Of a stretch of 58,559 bases of DNA, positions 8,437 to 21,315 are shown piece by piece. The stretch spans positions 1 through 58,559 of the forward strand of contig JBDOIF010000149.1 in assembly GCA_041082215.1 (NCBI GenBank). The letters are read 5' to 3'. Source of the DNA: Anaerolineae bacterium (lineage in GTDB: Bacteria; Chloroflexota; Anaerolineae; B4-G1; DUEL01). A model generated the notes under the pieces. That model was not told where the DNA came from. It did no database searches and saw nothing but the letters and a program-made list of their open reading frames with translations. How positions within the stretch are numbered: position 1 is the stretch's first letter; each line of letters opens with the position of its first letter. The translations under genes and the position numbers were made by a program.

Positions 8437-10619
8437 TTTTCTGCTCCTTTCGTCATATGTTGAATCTGAATGCCCACGTCTGTCCCGTAGGAGAGGATCA
8501 CTTTACCCTGTGCATTCAGGTAAGGGATAAGTGTGGGAAGGACTCGCTCCTCCACCAGATGCTCTCCCTGTTGCAGATCCCCCGTAGCCAGGACTGTAGC
8601 CGAAAGCCACTCAACGACCGTCGGGTCCCACACGATCTCCAGCCCCTGGCGCTGGTACCGCTCGGTGAGAGAGGGGAGGACCCAGTGTTCGAGCCATAAC
8701 TGAACCCGCTCGATCGTGGGCCGCTCCGGACGCCAGCGCAGGTCCAATCGCGCCAGGAGGTCTGGTGAGAGAGGAGGAGTGATCTCGAGAGCGGGTTCCT
8801 CTTCCGTTTCCCGGCCAGCGTCGTCCCGGCCAAACCCCAGGCGACGCCTGCCCCCCCTCTCCGCTGCTGTGGCTGTCAGCACGATGATGGAATCGCTGAG
8901 GTAGATTTTGTGCCCCTGGGCATCGGTGAGGAAACCTGAACGGAAGGCTTCGGCCAATACCTCCTGCGCCTGCGGGTGGCTGGCTTCGACGTTCTTCAGG
9001 AGAACCACCGACCACGGCTGGTGAGCCAGTTGACGATGGAATTCCAGGACCGCGTCGTGCCCGACGAAGCCGGGCGGCGCTCCGGTCAGCCAGGTGACAT
9101 CGGCGGGATGGGTGAAGCGGGCCATATCCAGTTCAATCACCCGATCGCGCGTTCCATACAGGGCCTCTGCCAGCACAAAAGCGGCCAGTTCCGGCGCCTC
9201 GCCGGGCGTGCCAGCCACCAGCAGCACCGCATTGGGACGAAGGGGGGCAATGTCCAGCCCACGCATGGTGATCTCCAGGCGCTGTACCAGATGGTCCGCG
9301 ATCGCTTCTGGACAGAAGGCCCTGGCCACCAGGCGCTGCTTGACCTCGGCCAGGCGCCGGCTGAGGTCGGGGCCCAGGTCCACGGGTATGCCGATCATCC
9401 GCTGGACCACGTCCCGTACAGTTTCCGGGGTTACTTCACTGATGGAGTGCAGGACAGCGAAGGCAACGCTTTGCTCAAAGATATCAATTGCCTTATCGGG
9501 GAAATGGCGGTTCCGGAGGTACTGCTGAGCCAGGAGGATGGTCAGGCGGAGCGCGTCATCCGAGAAGGTGACTCCCCGTTCCCGCACCGCCCGCTCCCGG
9601 AGGGCGTAAAGGATCTCCAGGGTCGCTTCGGGGGAAAGCTCCTGGACCCGAAGCGGCTGGAAGCGGCGCTCCAGAGCCCGGTCCTGTTCGATGAAACGGT
9701 GGAATTCCTCATCGGTAGTTGCGCCGATGCAGGCGATCTGGCCTTTGCCCAGAGCAGGCTTGAGGAGGCTGGCCACATCGGAGACCTGCCGCATGCCGCC
9801 GCTGCCGACAATGGTGTGGATCTCGTCAATGAAGAGGACGATGCCGTCCTGGCTCGCCTCTTCCAGGACTGTCTGCATCCGCTTTTCCAGTTCTCCCACC
9901 ACCCCCGCGCCGCCGACCAGACTGGAGGCCTGAAGCGCAAAAATGCGCAGGCCGCGAAGCGGTGGGGGCACCTCTCCTCGCACGATGCGCTGAGCCAGGC
10001 CTTCGACGATGGCGGTCTTGCCCACGCCGGCCGGTCCGATGAGCAGCGGATTGCGCTTGGTGAACCGGCAGAGGATTTCCATCACTCCCTGAATTTCCAG
10101 TTCCCGACCCAGAATGGGAGGGAGCCTTCCCGCCACAGCCTCCTGACAGAGATCCCGCCCGAACTCCTCCAGAGCGGGTGTGGGCTTTCTGGCGCGGGGC
10201 CGGTACGCCACTTCGGGCTGCTCTCCCTGTGGCTCCTCACGGCCAGGCCGGGAAACGATCCCGACCGGTTCGTCCATCAGGGTCCAGCCAGCATGTCGGA
10301 GAAGGACCGCTGCCAGGTCCCGTTCCGAAGCGCGGGGCTTGCCAGCCTGGACAGCATGTTGAAAAGCCTCTTCCAACAGGACGGATGGGTCAACCTGCTC
10401 CCCCGTATCACTGTTCCGGAGCGATTGCTGGATCTGGCGGTAGTAGTCGCTGGCACGCAGGCCGGAGGCCAGGGACTCGGCCATAGGTCCGTGCCGCTCC
10501 AGCAGGGCCAGAAGGAAATGGTGAAGGGCGATCTCCTTATGCCCGAACCGGCCTGGCACCTCCAGGGCGGAGTTCCAGAAGGCCTGTGCCCCCGGGGTCA
10601 GTTTCTCGCTGTAATCCAT
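8433..10619 (-). CDS. ClpA/ClpB-family AAA+ ATPase with degenerate second nucleotide-binding domain
   Basis: Clp N-domain, then NBD1 with [19 protein letters not shown] and ALERRFQ. No middle coiled-coil. NBD2 Walker motifs are degenerate; an LGF loop is present. Confidence 0.88.
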   Translation of the reverse strand: MDYSEKLTPGAQAFWNSALEVPGRFGHKEIALHHFLLALLERHGPMAESLASGLRASDYYRQIQQSLRNSDTGEQVDPSVLLEEAFQHAVQAGKPRASERDLAAVLLRHAGWTLMDEPVGIVSRPGREEPQGEQPEVAYRPRARKPTPALEEFGRDLCQEAVAGRLPPILGRELEIQGVMEILCRFTKRNPLLIGPAGVGKTAIVEGLAQRIVRGEVPPPLRGLRIFALQASSLVGGAGVVGELEKRMQTVLEEASQDGIVLFIDEIHTIVGSGGMRQVSDVASLLKPALGKGQIACIGATTDEEFHRFIEQDRALERRFQPLRVQELSPEATLEILYALRERAVRERGVTFSDDALRLTILLAQQYLRNRHFPDKAIDIFEQSVAFAVLHSISEVTPETVRDVVQRMIGIPVDLGPDLSRRLAEVKQRLVARAFCPEAIADHLVQRLEITMRGLDIAPLRPNAVLLVAGTPGEAPELAAFVLAEALYGTRDRVIELDMARFTHPADVTWLTGAPPGFVGHDAVLEFHRQLAHQPWSVVLLKNVEASHPQAQEVLAEAFRSGFLTDAQGHKIYLSDSIIVLTATAAERGGRRRLGFGRDDAGRETEEEPALEITPPLSPDLLARLDLRWRPERPTIERVQLWLEHWVLPSLTERYQRQGLEIVWDPTVVEWLSATVLATGDLQQGEHLVEERVLPTLIPYLNAQGKVILSYGTDVGIQIQHMTKGAEK

Positions 10620-10729
10620 CTGTTTTTTCCCTTCTCCTCTTCAGCACTGCCAGACAGGCTATCCTCTCTCTGGCCAGAGGGATTCTAGCCTCTTATGCCG
10701 ATAAGTCAAGCCCCTTTGTGGTTCCTCCG

Positions 10730-12771
<2,042 letters not shown>

Positions 12772-12831
12772 CCATTTTACCACCGGCAGGGGGTTCGGAG
12801 AAGTGAATACTTACTACGCGAACCGTTCTGA

Positions 12832-13545
12832 CTATTCCCCCTCTCCCTGTCTCCGTGTCACCCCTCCCACCCAACTCACCACTCCCCTCTCCAACCGTTC
12901 CCGATACTTCCAGAAAAGAATGGCCAGGACCGCGCCTCCTGCCCCCACCGCCCCCCAACCCCACCAGGGCAACTCCGTCGCGTTCGCCCCCACCCAACTG
13001 GAAACCACCAGCCCGGGCAGCCGTCCCACCGCCGCCAGAAGCAGCATATAGGGGATCGAAAGGGGGCTCAGACCGATGAGGAAACAGATCACATCGTCCG
13101 GCACGAAGGGAAGGAGGAAGACCAGGAAGAAAAAAGCTGGCCCCTGACGGCGGGCGATCCCATCCCATCGGGCCAACCGCTTCGCGCCTACCAGCCGTTC
13201 AACCAGCGGTCGCCCGAACAGTCGGGCCAGCCCCATCGCCAGCGCCGATCCCAGTTCCACCCCCAGCAGGCTATAGAAGGTCCCCCACCCCACGCCGTAG
13301 AGATACCCGTTCACCACCCCCACCGTCTGGCCAGGGATTGGGGCCAGGAGGACCTGAGCCGCGTTCAGGAGCACGCTCGCCAGCGGCCCCCAGAGGCCGA
13401 AGCCCGCCACCCAACCCTGCACCGTCTCCCGGTTCGCCAGCAGCCGGCAGAGGGCCGGCCCCCACCTCAGCCCCGCCGCCCCCAACCCGAGCACAGCCGC
13501 CACTATCCCCGCCGTCCGCCACCGGCTCCACCGTGGCCGGCTCAC
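12832..13545 (-). CDS. TVP38/TMEM64 (DedA/VTT-family) membrane protein
   Basis: GTG at 13545 overlaps the MFS stop. Contains QVLLAPIPGQ...GYLYG...ARLFGR...FLLPFVPDD...GRLPG. Confidence 0.85.
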   Translation of the reverse strand: MSRPRWSRWRTAGIVAAVLGLGAAGLRWGPALCRLLANRETVQGWVAGFGLWGPLASVLLNAAQVLLAPIPGQTVGVVNGYLYGVGWGTFYSLLGVELGSALAMGLARLFGRPLVERLVGAKRLARWDGIARRQGPAFFFLVFLLPFVPDDVICFLIGLSPLSIPYMLLLAAVGRLPGLVVSSWVGANATELPWWGWGAVGAGGAVLAILFWKYRERLERGVVSWVGGVTRRQGEGE

Positions 13546-14849
13546 CCCTGCACCTCCCGTCGGGGATCCTCCAGCCGCAGCCCCATCCACAGCCCGGCCG
13601 CCACACCCGCTGCCGTCAGCCCGAAGAGGAAAGGGTAAGAAGTAGCCCGCAGCACGATCCCGCCCACCAGCGAGGCCGGTACCAGGATCCCCTGCAGGGT
13701 GTTGGCAAGCCCCACGTAGAGAGGGCGATGCTCGTCGGGCGCGATCTCCAGAACGTAGTTGAACGGCCCAAGCATGGCCGAATTGTTCACCAGGCCCACC
13801 AGGAAATAGATCAGCGGGTAGCTCCAGGTCAGCCAGCCCAACGGCACGAAATGGATCAACAGCGCCAGAAGCGGCATGGCCAGGGTGGCCGCCGAACCCA
13901 CCCAGATGACCGGTCGCGGCCCTCCCCGCTCGCTGAGCCAGCCAAAGCCCACGCTGGCCACGATCCCACCCACCATCTGCGCCGAGACGAACCAGCCGGT
14001 GACTGCCTCCGGCAATCCCACCGCCTCGGTGGCGTGAAGGACGAAGAAGGGTAGAGAGAGGTTGATGAGGCCGGTCAGCCACCGGAAGCTCACCAGCCGT
14101 CGAAAGTTTCGGTCCTTCCGCCAGACCTGGCCCAGTTGACGCAGGAAATCCAGCAGAGAATGCCGGGCTTCCCTCACCTCCCGCCCCGGTTCACGGACCA
14201 GGGAAAGAGCAATGGTGGAAGGGAGGAAAGCCAGACCGCTGAGGGCGAAAAGCAGCCCGTAGTTGACCGGGTAGGAGAGGCGAGGGCTTTCCAGGATCAG
14301 CCCCACCACCGCACCGACCCCGATGCCCAGCAGGCCGCCGAGCAACTGTCCTGCCCCCACCAGACGCCCCCGTCGCGCCAGCGGCACCGCCCGCGCCATA
14401 ATGTCGAACCAGGCAACGGAAGCGATGCTGTCGGTCATCGTGAAAAGGGCGATGGAGAAGAAGAAAAGCCCGAGCATCGGCCCCGGCAGACGGGCAAGCC
14501 CTGCCCAGATCGCCAGAGCGAGCAGGAAGAAGGCTGGTCGTCCGATGAGGGCGCCTAACATCAAGAACGGCTTCCGCCGGGGCCGGTCGCCCATCACCGC
14601 CGCCGCCCCCAACTGCGGCAACAGCCACCCGCCGTTCATCACCGTGCCGATCAGGCCAACCAGCGGCTCCGAATCGGTCAGGGTGCGCACGAAGGCCGGC
14701 AACACCGTGCTGGGGTTGATGAACGAGTACGCCACGCCGAAAGAGACGTAGTCCACCAGTAAGGCAAGGAAGTTGTGACGGAAGTGAGGGGGAAAAGGCA
14801 GCGACTCCTGCCCCTTCCCCGCCCCCGACCCGGTTTGAGATCTTTTCAC
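13542..14849 (-). CDS. MFS transporter
   Basis: Multiple hydrophobic segments; MFS loop GWLSERGGPR; YVLEIAPDEHRPLYVG. Confidence 0.85.
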   Translation of the reverse strand: MKRSQTGSGAGKGQESLPFPPHFRHNFLALLVDYVSFGVAYSFINPSTVLPAFVRTLTDSEPLVGLIGTVMNGGWLLPQLGAAAVMGDRPRRKPFLMLGALIGRPAFFLLALAIWAGLARLPGPMLGLFFFSIALFTMTDSIASVAWFDIMARAVPLARRGRLVGAGQLLGGLLGIGVGAVVGLILESPRLSYPVNYGLLFALSGLAFLPSTIALSLVREPGREVREARHSLLDFLRQLGQVWRKDRNFRRLVSFRWLTGLINLSLPFFVLHATEAVGLPEAVTGWFVSAQMVGGIVASVGFGWLSERGGPRPVIWVGSAATLAMPLLALLIHFVPLGWLTWSYPLIYFLVGLVNNSAMLGPFNYVLEIAPDEHRPLYVGLANTLQGILVPASLVGGIVLRATSYPFLFGLTAAGVAAGLWMGLRLEDPRREVQG

Positions 14850-14966
14850 CTGGCCTCCATGTTGCAGAGATTGCGCCCGTCAGTGTACCACGAAGGCCCA
14901 GCCCGTCAAGGCGCACCGCCCTGTCATTTGCCTCCCTCCCTATTCTGCGGTAAACTTACCGCCACT

Positions 14967-16706
14967 ATGAGCATACCAGACCTGACCTTTCTGCATGCAC
15001 CAAGCGTCTACGACTTCCGGCGGCGGGCTACCCTCTGGGGTCCCATCTCTGACGTCGTCCCCTCCACCCCTATCTACGACATGTACCCCATCGGCTTCGC
15101 CGCCCTCAGCGACTACCTGGAGCAGCACGGCTTCCGCACCCGCATCGTCAACCTGGCCGTCCGTATGGTCCGCTCCGACACCTTCGACGCCGAGCGGTTC
15201 ATCGCCCGGCTCCGTTCCCACGCCTTCGGCATTGACCTCCACTGGCTGCCCCACGCCCACGGAGCGCTGGAGGTCGCCCGGATCGTCCGCCAGCACCACC
15301 CGGGAACCCCCATCATCTTCGGCGGCTTCTCCGCCACCTACTTCCACGAAGAGCTGATCCGCTACCCCCAGGTGGACTATGTGGTGCGGGGGGATTCGAC
15401 CGAGGAGCCCCTCCGCCTGCTGATGGAGCGGCTGCGGGAGGGCCGGGAGCCAGCGGACGTGCCCAACCTCACCTGGAAAGACGCAGAGGGCAGGGTGCGC
15501 GTTAACCCTCAGTCCTACCTGCCGGCAGACCTGGACCACATCCGACCGGGGTTTCGACAGATGGTGCGGGCCGTCATCCGGGACCGGGACCTGCTTTCCT
15601 ACGCTCCTTTCGAGCACTGGCTCAACTACCCGATCATGGCCACGCTGACGGTGCGCGGTTGCACCCAGCACTGCGCCATCTGCGGCGGCTGCGCTCCAGG
15701 GCATGAGCGGATGTCCGGCCGGACCCGCCCCGCTTTCCGCAGCCCGGAGGACCTGGCCGCCGACGTGCGGGAGGCCCGTCGCATCAGCCGCGGCCCCATC
15801 TTCATTCTGGGAGAGCTTCGGCTGGCCGGGATGGACTACGCCCGTCGCTTCCTCCGCGCCGTCCAGGGTGTCCCCGGCCCCTTTATGCTGGAGTTCTTCT
15901 GGCCGGTCTCCCGCGATTACGCTGAGGAGCTCGCTGCCGCCCTGCCCGATTTCATCGTCGAGTTCTCGCCCGACTCCCACGATCCGGCCGTCCGCAAAAC
16001 CCTGGGCAAGTCCTACACCAACGAAGGGATCGAAGAGACAGTCCGCAACTGCCTGGCGGTCGGCGCCCGCCGCTTTGACCTCTTCTTCATGATCGGTCTG
16101 CCCCGGCAAACCCCCCGCTCGGCCCTGGAGACGGTGGACTTCTGCGAGCACCTCCTCCAGAGTGTGGACGGAAACGGGCGGCTGATCCCCTTCACCGCCC
16201 CCCTCGCCCCCTTCCTGGACCCGGCCAGCCCTGCCTTTGAAGCGCCGGAACGGTTCGGTTACCGGCTCCACTGCCGCACGCTGGAGGACCACCGGCGGGC
16301 GCTCCTCGCCCCCACCTGGAAGCACATCCTCTCATACGAGACGGAGTGGATGGACCGGGACACCTTAGCCGCCACGACCTACGAGGCGGGCCGTCGCCTC
16401 ACCCGGCTCAAGGCCCGCTACGGCATCATCTCCCCCGAAAAGGCGGCGGAGACGGAGGATCGGATCAAGCGGGCGCTCTCGCTGATGGCCCACATAGACC
16501 ACCTGATCGCCACCCGCACCTCCGAGGAGGTGGAACGGGAAATGCTGGCCCTCAAGGATCAGATTGACCGGGCCAATACCTCCACAGTATGCGATAAGGA
16601 GGAGCTGGACGTGCCGGTGAGCTGGCTGCCCTTCAATATCTGGGGGCTGGTGAAGGTGGGAGCAAGCGAGGCCTGGCGGATGATCTGGAGCAAAGACGGA
16701 CGTTAA
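14967..16706 (+). CDS. B12-binding domain / radical SAM protein (TIGR04190/Ta0216-like)
   Basis: N-terminal cobalamin-binding region (GIDLHWLPH, IIFGGFSAT, VVRGDS), radical SAM motif RGCTQHCAICGG, and FFMIGLP. Confidence 0.85.
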   Translation: MSIPDLTFLHAPSVYDFRRRATLWGPISDVVPSTPIYDMYPIGFAALSDYLEQHGFRTRIVNLAVRMVRSDTFDAERFIARLRSHAFGIDLHWLPHAHGALEVARIVRQHHPGTPIIFGGFSATYFHEELIRYPQVDYVVRGDSTEEPLRLLMERLREGREPADVPNLTWKDAEGRVRVNPQSYLPADLDHIRPGFRQMVRAVIRDRDLLSYAPFEHWLNYPIMATLTVRGCTQHCAICGGCAPGHERMSGRTRPAFRSPEDLAADVREARRISRGPIFILGELRLAGMDYARRFLRAVQGVPGPFMLEFFWPVSRDYAEELAAALPDFIVEFSPDSHDPAVRKTLGKSYTNEGIEETVRNCLAVGARRFDLFFMIGLPRQTPRSALETVDFCEHLLQSVDGNGRLIPFTAPLAPFLDPASPAFEAPERFGYRLHCRTLEDHRRALLAPTWKHILSYETEWMDRDTLAATTYEAGRRLTRLKARYGIISPEKAAETEDRIKRALSLMAHIDHLIATRTSEEVEREMLALKDQIDRANTSTVCDKEELDVPVSWLPFNIWGLVKVGASEAWRMIWSKDGR

Positions 16707-16739
16707 AATCTCACCCCCTACTCCTGAGGAGCCTTCCCT

Positions 16740-19268
16740 ATGCCCAATTCTCTCTCCCTTCTACTCCGCGGCATCCGCGAAGTGGGCCTGCGCCCTACCT
16801 GGGATGGGGTCGCCCACGCCCTGCGCACCCGCTGGGCAGAGGCTAAGTTTGCCCGACCGGAGCAGCCCCTGCATGGGTTTTCCCTCCTGCGGGCCTTCCT
16901 TCGCCGTCTGTCCGTCCCGCCTTCCGCTTTCCTCCCCGCCGGGCCGGTCATCCGTACCCCCGGTCCCCTCTACAGCCACGTCCACGACGGCCAGAGCCTC
17001 ACCCTCACCTTCGCCCACGCCATCTTTACCCTCACCCCCCTATCCTCCGATCGCATCCGCGTCCACATCCAACCAGCAACCAGCAACCAGCAACCAGCAG
17101 CCAGCAGCCAGCAGCCAGCAGCCAGCAACCCCCAGCTCGCCACCGACCACCTCCTCTGCTCCGCCTCTACCGACGGGCGGCTGACCTTCCGCACCCCTCA
17201 GGGGGAGACCATCGCCGGGGAGGTCGCCCCTGTGGGATGGACCGCCGAGGGCCGCGTCCTCTGCCGCTGGCACATCCCTTCCGGTTCCCACCTCTACGGC
17301 CTCGGCCAGCGGGCAGCACGGCTGGACCTTCGGGGCGGCTCTTACATCAACTGGAACACCGACCCCCGCACCTACGAGACCGGCGACGACCCGCTCGACC
17401 TCTGCATCCCCTTTCTCCTGGCCCTGCACGCCGACGGACACCATGGATACGGGTTGCTGCTGGAGAACACCACCCGCAGCCGGTTCGACCTGGGCGCGAC
17501 GGAGCCGGACGTCCTCACAATCGAGGTAGAGGACGAGGCACTGACGTACACCTTCTTCTACGGCCCCTCCATCGCCGCCATCCTGGAACAGTACACCGAA
17601 CAGACCGGCCGCACCCCCCTATTCCCCCTCTGGGCTCTGGGCTACCACCAGAGCCGCTGGTCCTACTACCCCGAGGAGCGTGTCCGCCGCCTGGCGCGGG
17701 ACTTCCGGGAGGTCCACCACGTACCCTGCGATGCAATTCACCTGGACATCCACTACATGGACGGCTACCGCTGCTTCACCTGGGATCCGAACCGGTTCCC
17801 CGATCCGGCCGGGCTGATCGCCGACCTCCACAGGCAGGGCTTCAAGGTGGTCACTATCATTGACCCCGGTATCAAGAAGGACCCGAACTACCCCGTTTTT
17901 CGGGAGGGAAGGGAGCGCAACGCCTTCTGCCGCTACCCGAACGGCAAACTCTTCATTGGACCAGTCTGGCCCGGCAACTGCGCCTTTCCCGATTTCACCG
18001 ACCCCCAGGTACGGGTCTGGTGGGGGGAGCTTCATCGGGGGCTGGTGGAGGCGGGGGTGGATGGCATCTGGGACGATATGAACGAGCCATCCATCTTCGG
18101 CGAGGACGGCGCTACCATCCCCGGCCCGGTCCGCCACAGTCTGGAGGGGCGGGGGGGCGATCACCGGCAGGCCCACAACCTCTACGGCCTCTCCATGGCC
18201 CGCGCCACCGCCGAGGGGTTGAGCCGACTCCGGCCGGACCGCCGCCCCTTTGTCCTCACCCGCTCCGGCTGGGCCGGGGTGCAGCAGCATGCCGCCAACT
18301 GGACCGGAGACAACCGCTCCACATGGGAATCGCTCCGCCTCACCCTGCCGATGGTATTGGGGCTGGGTCTCTCCGGTGTGGCCTTCACCGGCGCTGATGT
18401 GGGCGGTTTCGCTGGCTTCGCCTCGGGCGAGCTTTTCACCCGCTGGCTTCAACTGGGGATTTTCCTCCCCTTCCTCCGCGCCCACACCGTCTTCGACAGC
18501 CCGGATCAGGAGCCGTGGTCATGGGGGGAGCCGTACCTCACCATCAACCGGGAAACCATCCGGCTCCGCTACCGGCTTCTCCCTTACCTCTACACTTCCC
18601 TCTGGCAGTGCACACGGACCGGCCTCCCCATCGCCCGCCCCCTCTTCCTGGCCTTCCAGGACGACCCCGCCACCCATGGACTGGATGACCAGTTCCTCTG
18701 CGGAGATGCGCTCCTGGTCGCCCCCGTATTGGAGGAAGGGGCCACTGCCCGGTCCGTCTACCTCCCCGCCGGGACCTGGTACGACTTCTGGACCGATACG
18801 CGGCTTGAAGGGCCAGGCCGGATCGAGGTGGAAGCGCCGCTTTCGCGCATTCCCCTCTTCGTCCGTGCCGGTTCGGTGATCCCGATGGCCTTCGAGGAGG
18901 AGGAGGGGCCGCCCCACACAGCCGCGCTATTGGCAGCCCGGCCAGCGTCCCCCCTCATCCTCCACCTCTACCCCGGCGACGGCACGGGCTGGCTCTACGA
19001 GGACGACGGCGAAAGCACTGCTTACCGGCAGGGCGCCTATCGGCTCACGCGGTTCACCCTCTCCGTTCCCGGCCCCACGCTCCGCCTGGAGCGGGAGGTA
19101 GAAGGGGAGCTGGACCCCGGCTACAGCCGCTCCGTCCTCCTGATACACGACGCGGACGGGCCGCCGGAGGTGACGGAAGGACCGGTCGGAGAAGTAACCT
19201 TCGACCCCCGGCGGCGGATCGCCCGCTGGAGCGGTGGGCTGTTCGAGAAGGTTCTACTGCGCTGGTAG
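16740..19268 (+). CDS. Glycoside hydrolase family 31 (alpha-glucosidase-like)
   Basis: WALGYHQSRWSY, HLDIHYMDG, nucleophile motif GIWDDMNEP, acid/base motif WTGDN, and GADVGGF. Confidence 0.93.
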   Translation: MPNSLSLLLRGIREVGLRPTWDGVAHALRTRWAEAKFARPEQPLHGFSLLRAFLRRLSVPPSAFLPAGPVIRTPGPLYSHVHDGQSLTLTFAHAIFTLTPLSSDRIRVHIQPATSNQQPAASSQQPAASNPQLATDHLLCSASTDGRLTFRTPQGETIAGEVAPVGWTAEGRVLCRWHIPSGSHLYGLGQRAARLDLRGGSYINWNTDPRTYETGDDPLDLCIPFLLALHADGHHGYGLLLENTTRSRFDLGATEPDVLTIEVEDEALTYTFFYGPSIAAILEQYTEQTGRTPLFPLWALGYHQSRWSYYPEERVRRLARDFREVHHVPCDAIHLDIHYMDGYRCFTWDPNRFPDPAGLIADLHRQGFKVVTIIDPGIKKDPNYPVFREGRERNAFCRYPNGKLFIGPVWPGNCAFPDFTDPQVRVWWGELHRGLVEAGVDGIWDDMNEPSIFGEDGATIPGPVRHSLEGRGGDHRQAHNLYGLSMARATAEGLSRLRPDRRPFVLTRSGWAGVQQHAANWTGDNRSTWESLRLTLPMVLGLGLSGVAFTGADVGGFAGFASGELFTRWLQLGIFLPFLRAHTVFDSPDQEPWSWGEPYLTINRETIRLRYRLLPYLYTSLWQCTRTGLPIARPLFLAFQDDPATHGLDDQFLCGDALLVAPVLEEGATARSVYLPAGTWYDFWTDTRLEGPGRIEVEAPLSRIPLFVRAGSVIPMAFEEEEGPPHTAALLAARPASPLILHLYPGDGTGWLYEDDGESTAYRQGAYRLTRFTLSVPGPTLRLEREVEGELDPGYSRSVLLIHDADGPPEVTEGPVGEVTFDPRRRIARWSGGLFEKVLLRW
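17070..17130 (+). repeat. Heptamer tandem repeat (CAGCARC) x8 inside the GH31 gene
   Basis: cagcaac x3, cagcagc x4, cagcaac x1 at 17074-17129; encodes ATSNQQPAASSQQPAASNP. Confidence 0.9.
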
Positions 19269-19297
19269 AGGGCACCTGCGGAAGGGGCTTCCCCGTA

Positions 19298-19807
19298 TCA
19301 GGCCCGTCGCCCCCCCTTGAGCCTCTCCTGCAGCTCTTTGAGAGCCTCCCACTGGCCGGAGGCTGCCAGGCGAGCCTGCTCCGGCCAGGTGCCGGGATCG
19401 GCGATCTGGAGAAGACGGGCTTCATCCAGGATCCGTCGCAGGCGCTCCACGTCGGCCTCGGCCAGTTGGGCAAAGGTGATGATCCCCGCCTCCCGCAGGA
19501 GACCGGCAATCTTGGGGCCGATACCCTCGATGCGGGTCAGGTCGTCGGGGGCTGGGGGGGGCGCCTCCACGGGGGAGGGCACAGCGCCGACCCCGGCCTG
19601 CGGCCGGACCTCCGGCTTCGCCCGCCGGCGGGACCACCACCAGACCAGCAGCGCCACCACCACCAGCACCCCGATGACGATCAGCAGCCAACCCCACCAG
19701 GGAATCCCTCCCTGCCCTTCCACCACCCGGGGCGGGAAGGAAAAAAGGGGCGGGAAGAGCAGACTTGAGGCTGCCAGGTCTGACAGAACGTCATACTTTC
19801 TCCACAT
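19298..19807 (-). CDS. Membrane-anchored helix-hairpin-helix (DUF4332-like) protein
   Basis: SD AAAGGAGG before ATG 19807; TM segment; then DDLTRIEGIGPKIAGLLREAGIITFAQLA...TWPEQARLAA. Confidence 0.75.
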   Translation of the reverse strand: MWRKYDVLSDLAASSLLFPPLFSFPPRVVEGQGGIPWWGWLLIVIGVLVVVALLVWWWSRRRAKPEVRPQAGVGAVPSPVEAPPPAPDDLTRIEGIGPKIAGLLREAGIITFAQLAEADVERLRRILDEARLLQIADPGTWPEQARLAASGQWEALKELQERLKGGRRA

Positions 19808-19927
19808 CGCCTTGCCTCCTTTCGCCAGACCGTTATACAAAGAAAGCCGCATCTAAGCCCATTTTATCAAGTCTGCTGGCAGCCGTCAAGCCAGCTTCTA
19901 CGCCCTGCCATAAAACTGAAATGCATC

Positions 19928-21286
19928 TCACGCGGCCACGTCGGGCAGGTCTTTCAGCGCTTCTCGCACCCGCTCTGCCGGGTATTCGTAGTTCTCCAGT
20001 CTCCCCGCGAAGTACTGTTCGTAGGCGCCCATATCAAAATGGCCGTGCCCGCTGAAGTTGAAGAGGATGACCCGTTTCTCTCCGGCCTCCCGCGCGGCCA
20101 GCGCCTCGTCTATCGCAGCCCGGACGGCGTGAGCTGTCTCCGGCGCGGGGATGAAGCCCTCGGTCCGGGCAAACAGCACCGCCGCCTCAAAGACCGCCAG
20201 TTGGGGGTAGGCGACCGGTTCAATGTACCCGTGCCGATGGAGCGCCGAGACAACCGGAGCCATGCCGTGATAGCGCAGTCCCCCGGCGTGGATGCCCGCC
20301 GGGATAAAGGTGTGCCCCAGGGTGTCCATCTTGGCGATGGGGGCCAGGTGGGCCGTGTCGCCGTAGTCGTAGGCGTAGACCCCCCGGGTCATGCTGGGGC
20401 AGGCGGTGGGCTCCACGGCGACGAAGCGGGTGGAAGAGCCGTTCTGGAGCCGGTCGCGCAGGAAGGGGAAAGCCAGTCCGGAAAAGTTGCTCCCTCCTCC
20501 TACGCATCCGATCACCACATCAGGATACTCCCCCGCCATCTCCATCTGAAGCCGCGCCTCCTCGCCGATGACCGTCTGATGGAGCAGGACGTGGTTGAGG
20601 ACGCTGCCCAGGGAGTACTTCGTATCGTCGTGGGTAGCGGCGACCTCCACCGCCTCACTGATGGCGATGCCCAGACTGCCCGGCGAATCGGGGTCCCGCT
20701 CCAGGATGGACTGCCCCGAACGGGTCTCCGGGCTGGGGCTGGGGACGACGCGCGCGCCCCACGCCTCCATCAACACCCGGCGGTAGGGCTTCTGGTAGTA
20801 ACTGACCTTCACCATATAGACCCCGCACTCCATCCCGAAGAGGTTACAGGCGAAGGCCAGTGCGCTCCCCCACTGCCCGGCGCCCGTCTCGGTGACCAGC
20901 CGCTTCACCCCGGCCTCCTTGCTGTAGAAGGCCTGGGCGACGGCGGTGTTGGGCTTGTGGCTGCCTGGAGGGCTTGCCCCCTCGTACTTGTAGTAGATAT
21001 GGGCCGGCGTATCCAGCGCCCGCTCCAACCGTTGGGCGCGGACCAGCGGGGTGGGCCGCCAGAGCCGGTAGACCTCCCGCACCGGCCCCGGAATCTCCAC
21101 GTACCGCTCCCGCGTCTCCTCCTGCTCGATCAGCGCGTCACAGAACAGGGGCGGCGGGAGCCGGGTCGGCTCGCGGGTCACCGGATGCAGAAGCGGCGGG
21201 ACCTCAAAGGGCAGGTCGGCGACAACGTTGTACCAGGCAGCCGGTAGCCGGTCCTGGGGAAGCAAGAAACGGTTCTGCTCTTTCAT
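19928..21286 (-). CDS. trpB2: Tryptophan synthase beta chain, type 2 (stand-alone TrpB2)
   Basis: GSHKPNTA (PLP lysine), [26 protein letters not shown] and NFSGHG. SD GGGAGG before ATG 21286. Confidence 0.93.
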   Translation of the reverse strand: MKEQNRFLLPQDRLPAAWYNVVADLPFEVPPLLHPVTREPTRLPPPLFCDALIEQEETRERYVEIPGPVREVYRLWRPTPLVRAQRLERALDTPAHIYYKYEGASPPGSHKPNTAVAQAFYSKEAGVKRLVTETGAGQWGSALAFACNLFGMECGVYMVKVSYYQKPYRRVLMEAWGARVVPSPSPETRSGQSILERDPDSPGSLGIAISEAVEVAATHDDTKYSLGSVLNHVLLHQTVIGEEARLQMEMAGEYPDVVIGCVGGGSNFSGLAFPFLRDRLQNGSSTRFVAVEPTACPSMTRGVYAYDYGDTAHLAPIAKMDTLGHTFIPAGIHAGGLRYHGMAPVVSALHRHGYIEPVAYPQLAVFEAAVLFARTEGFIPAPETAHAVRAAIDEALAAREAGEKRVILFNFSGHGHFDMGAYEQYFAGRLENYEYPAERVREALKDLPDVAA

Positions 21287-21315
21287 CTCGCACCTCCCTG
21301 ATTTGGTAAATTGGT

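Noticed and set aside
8976..10688. 570-aa + strand ORF
   Set aside because: Antisense shadow of the Clp ATPase gene; no recognisable motifs. Long shadow ORFs are expected at high GC.
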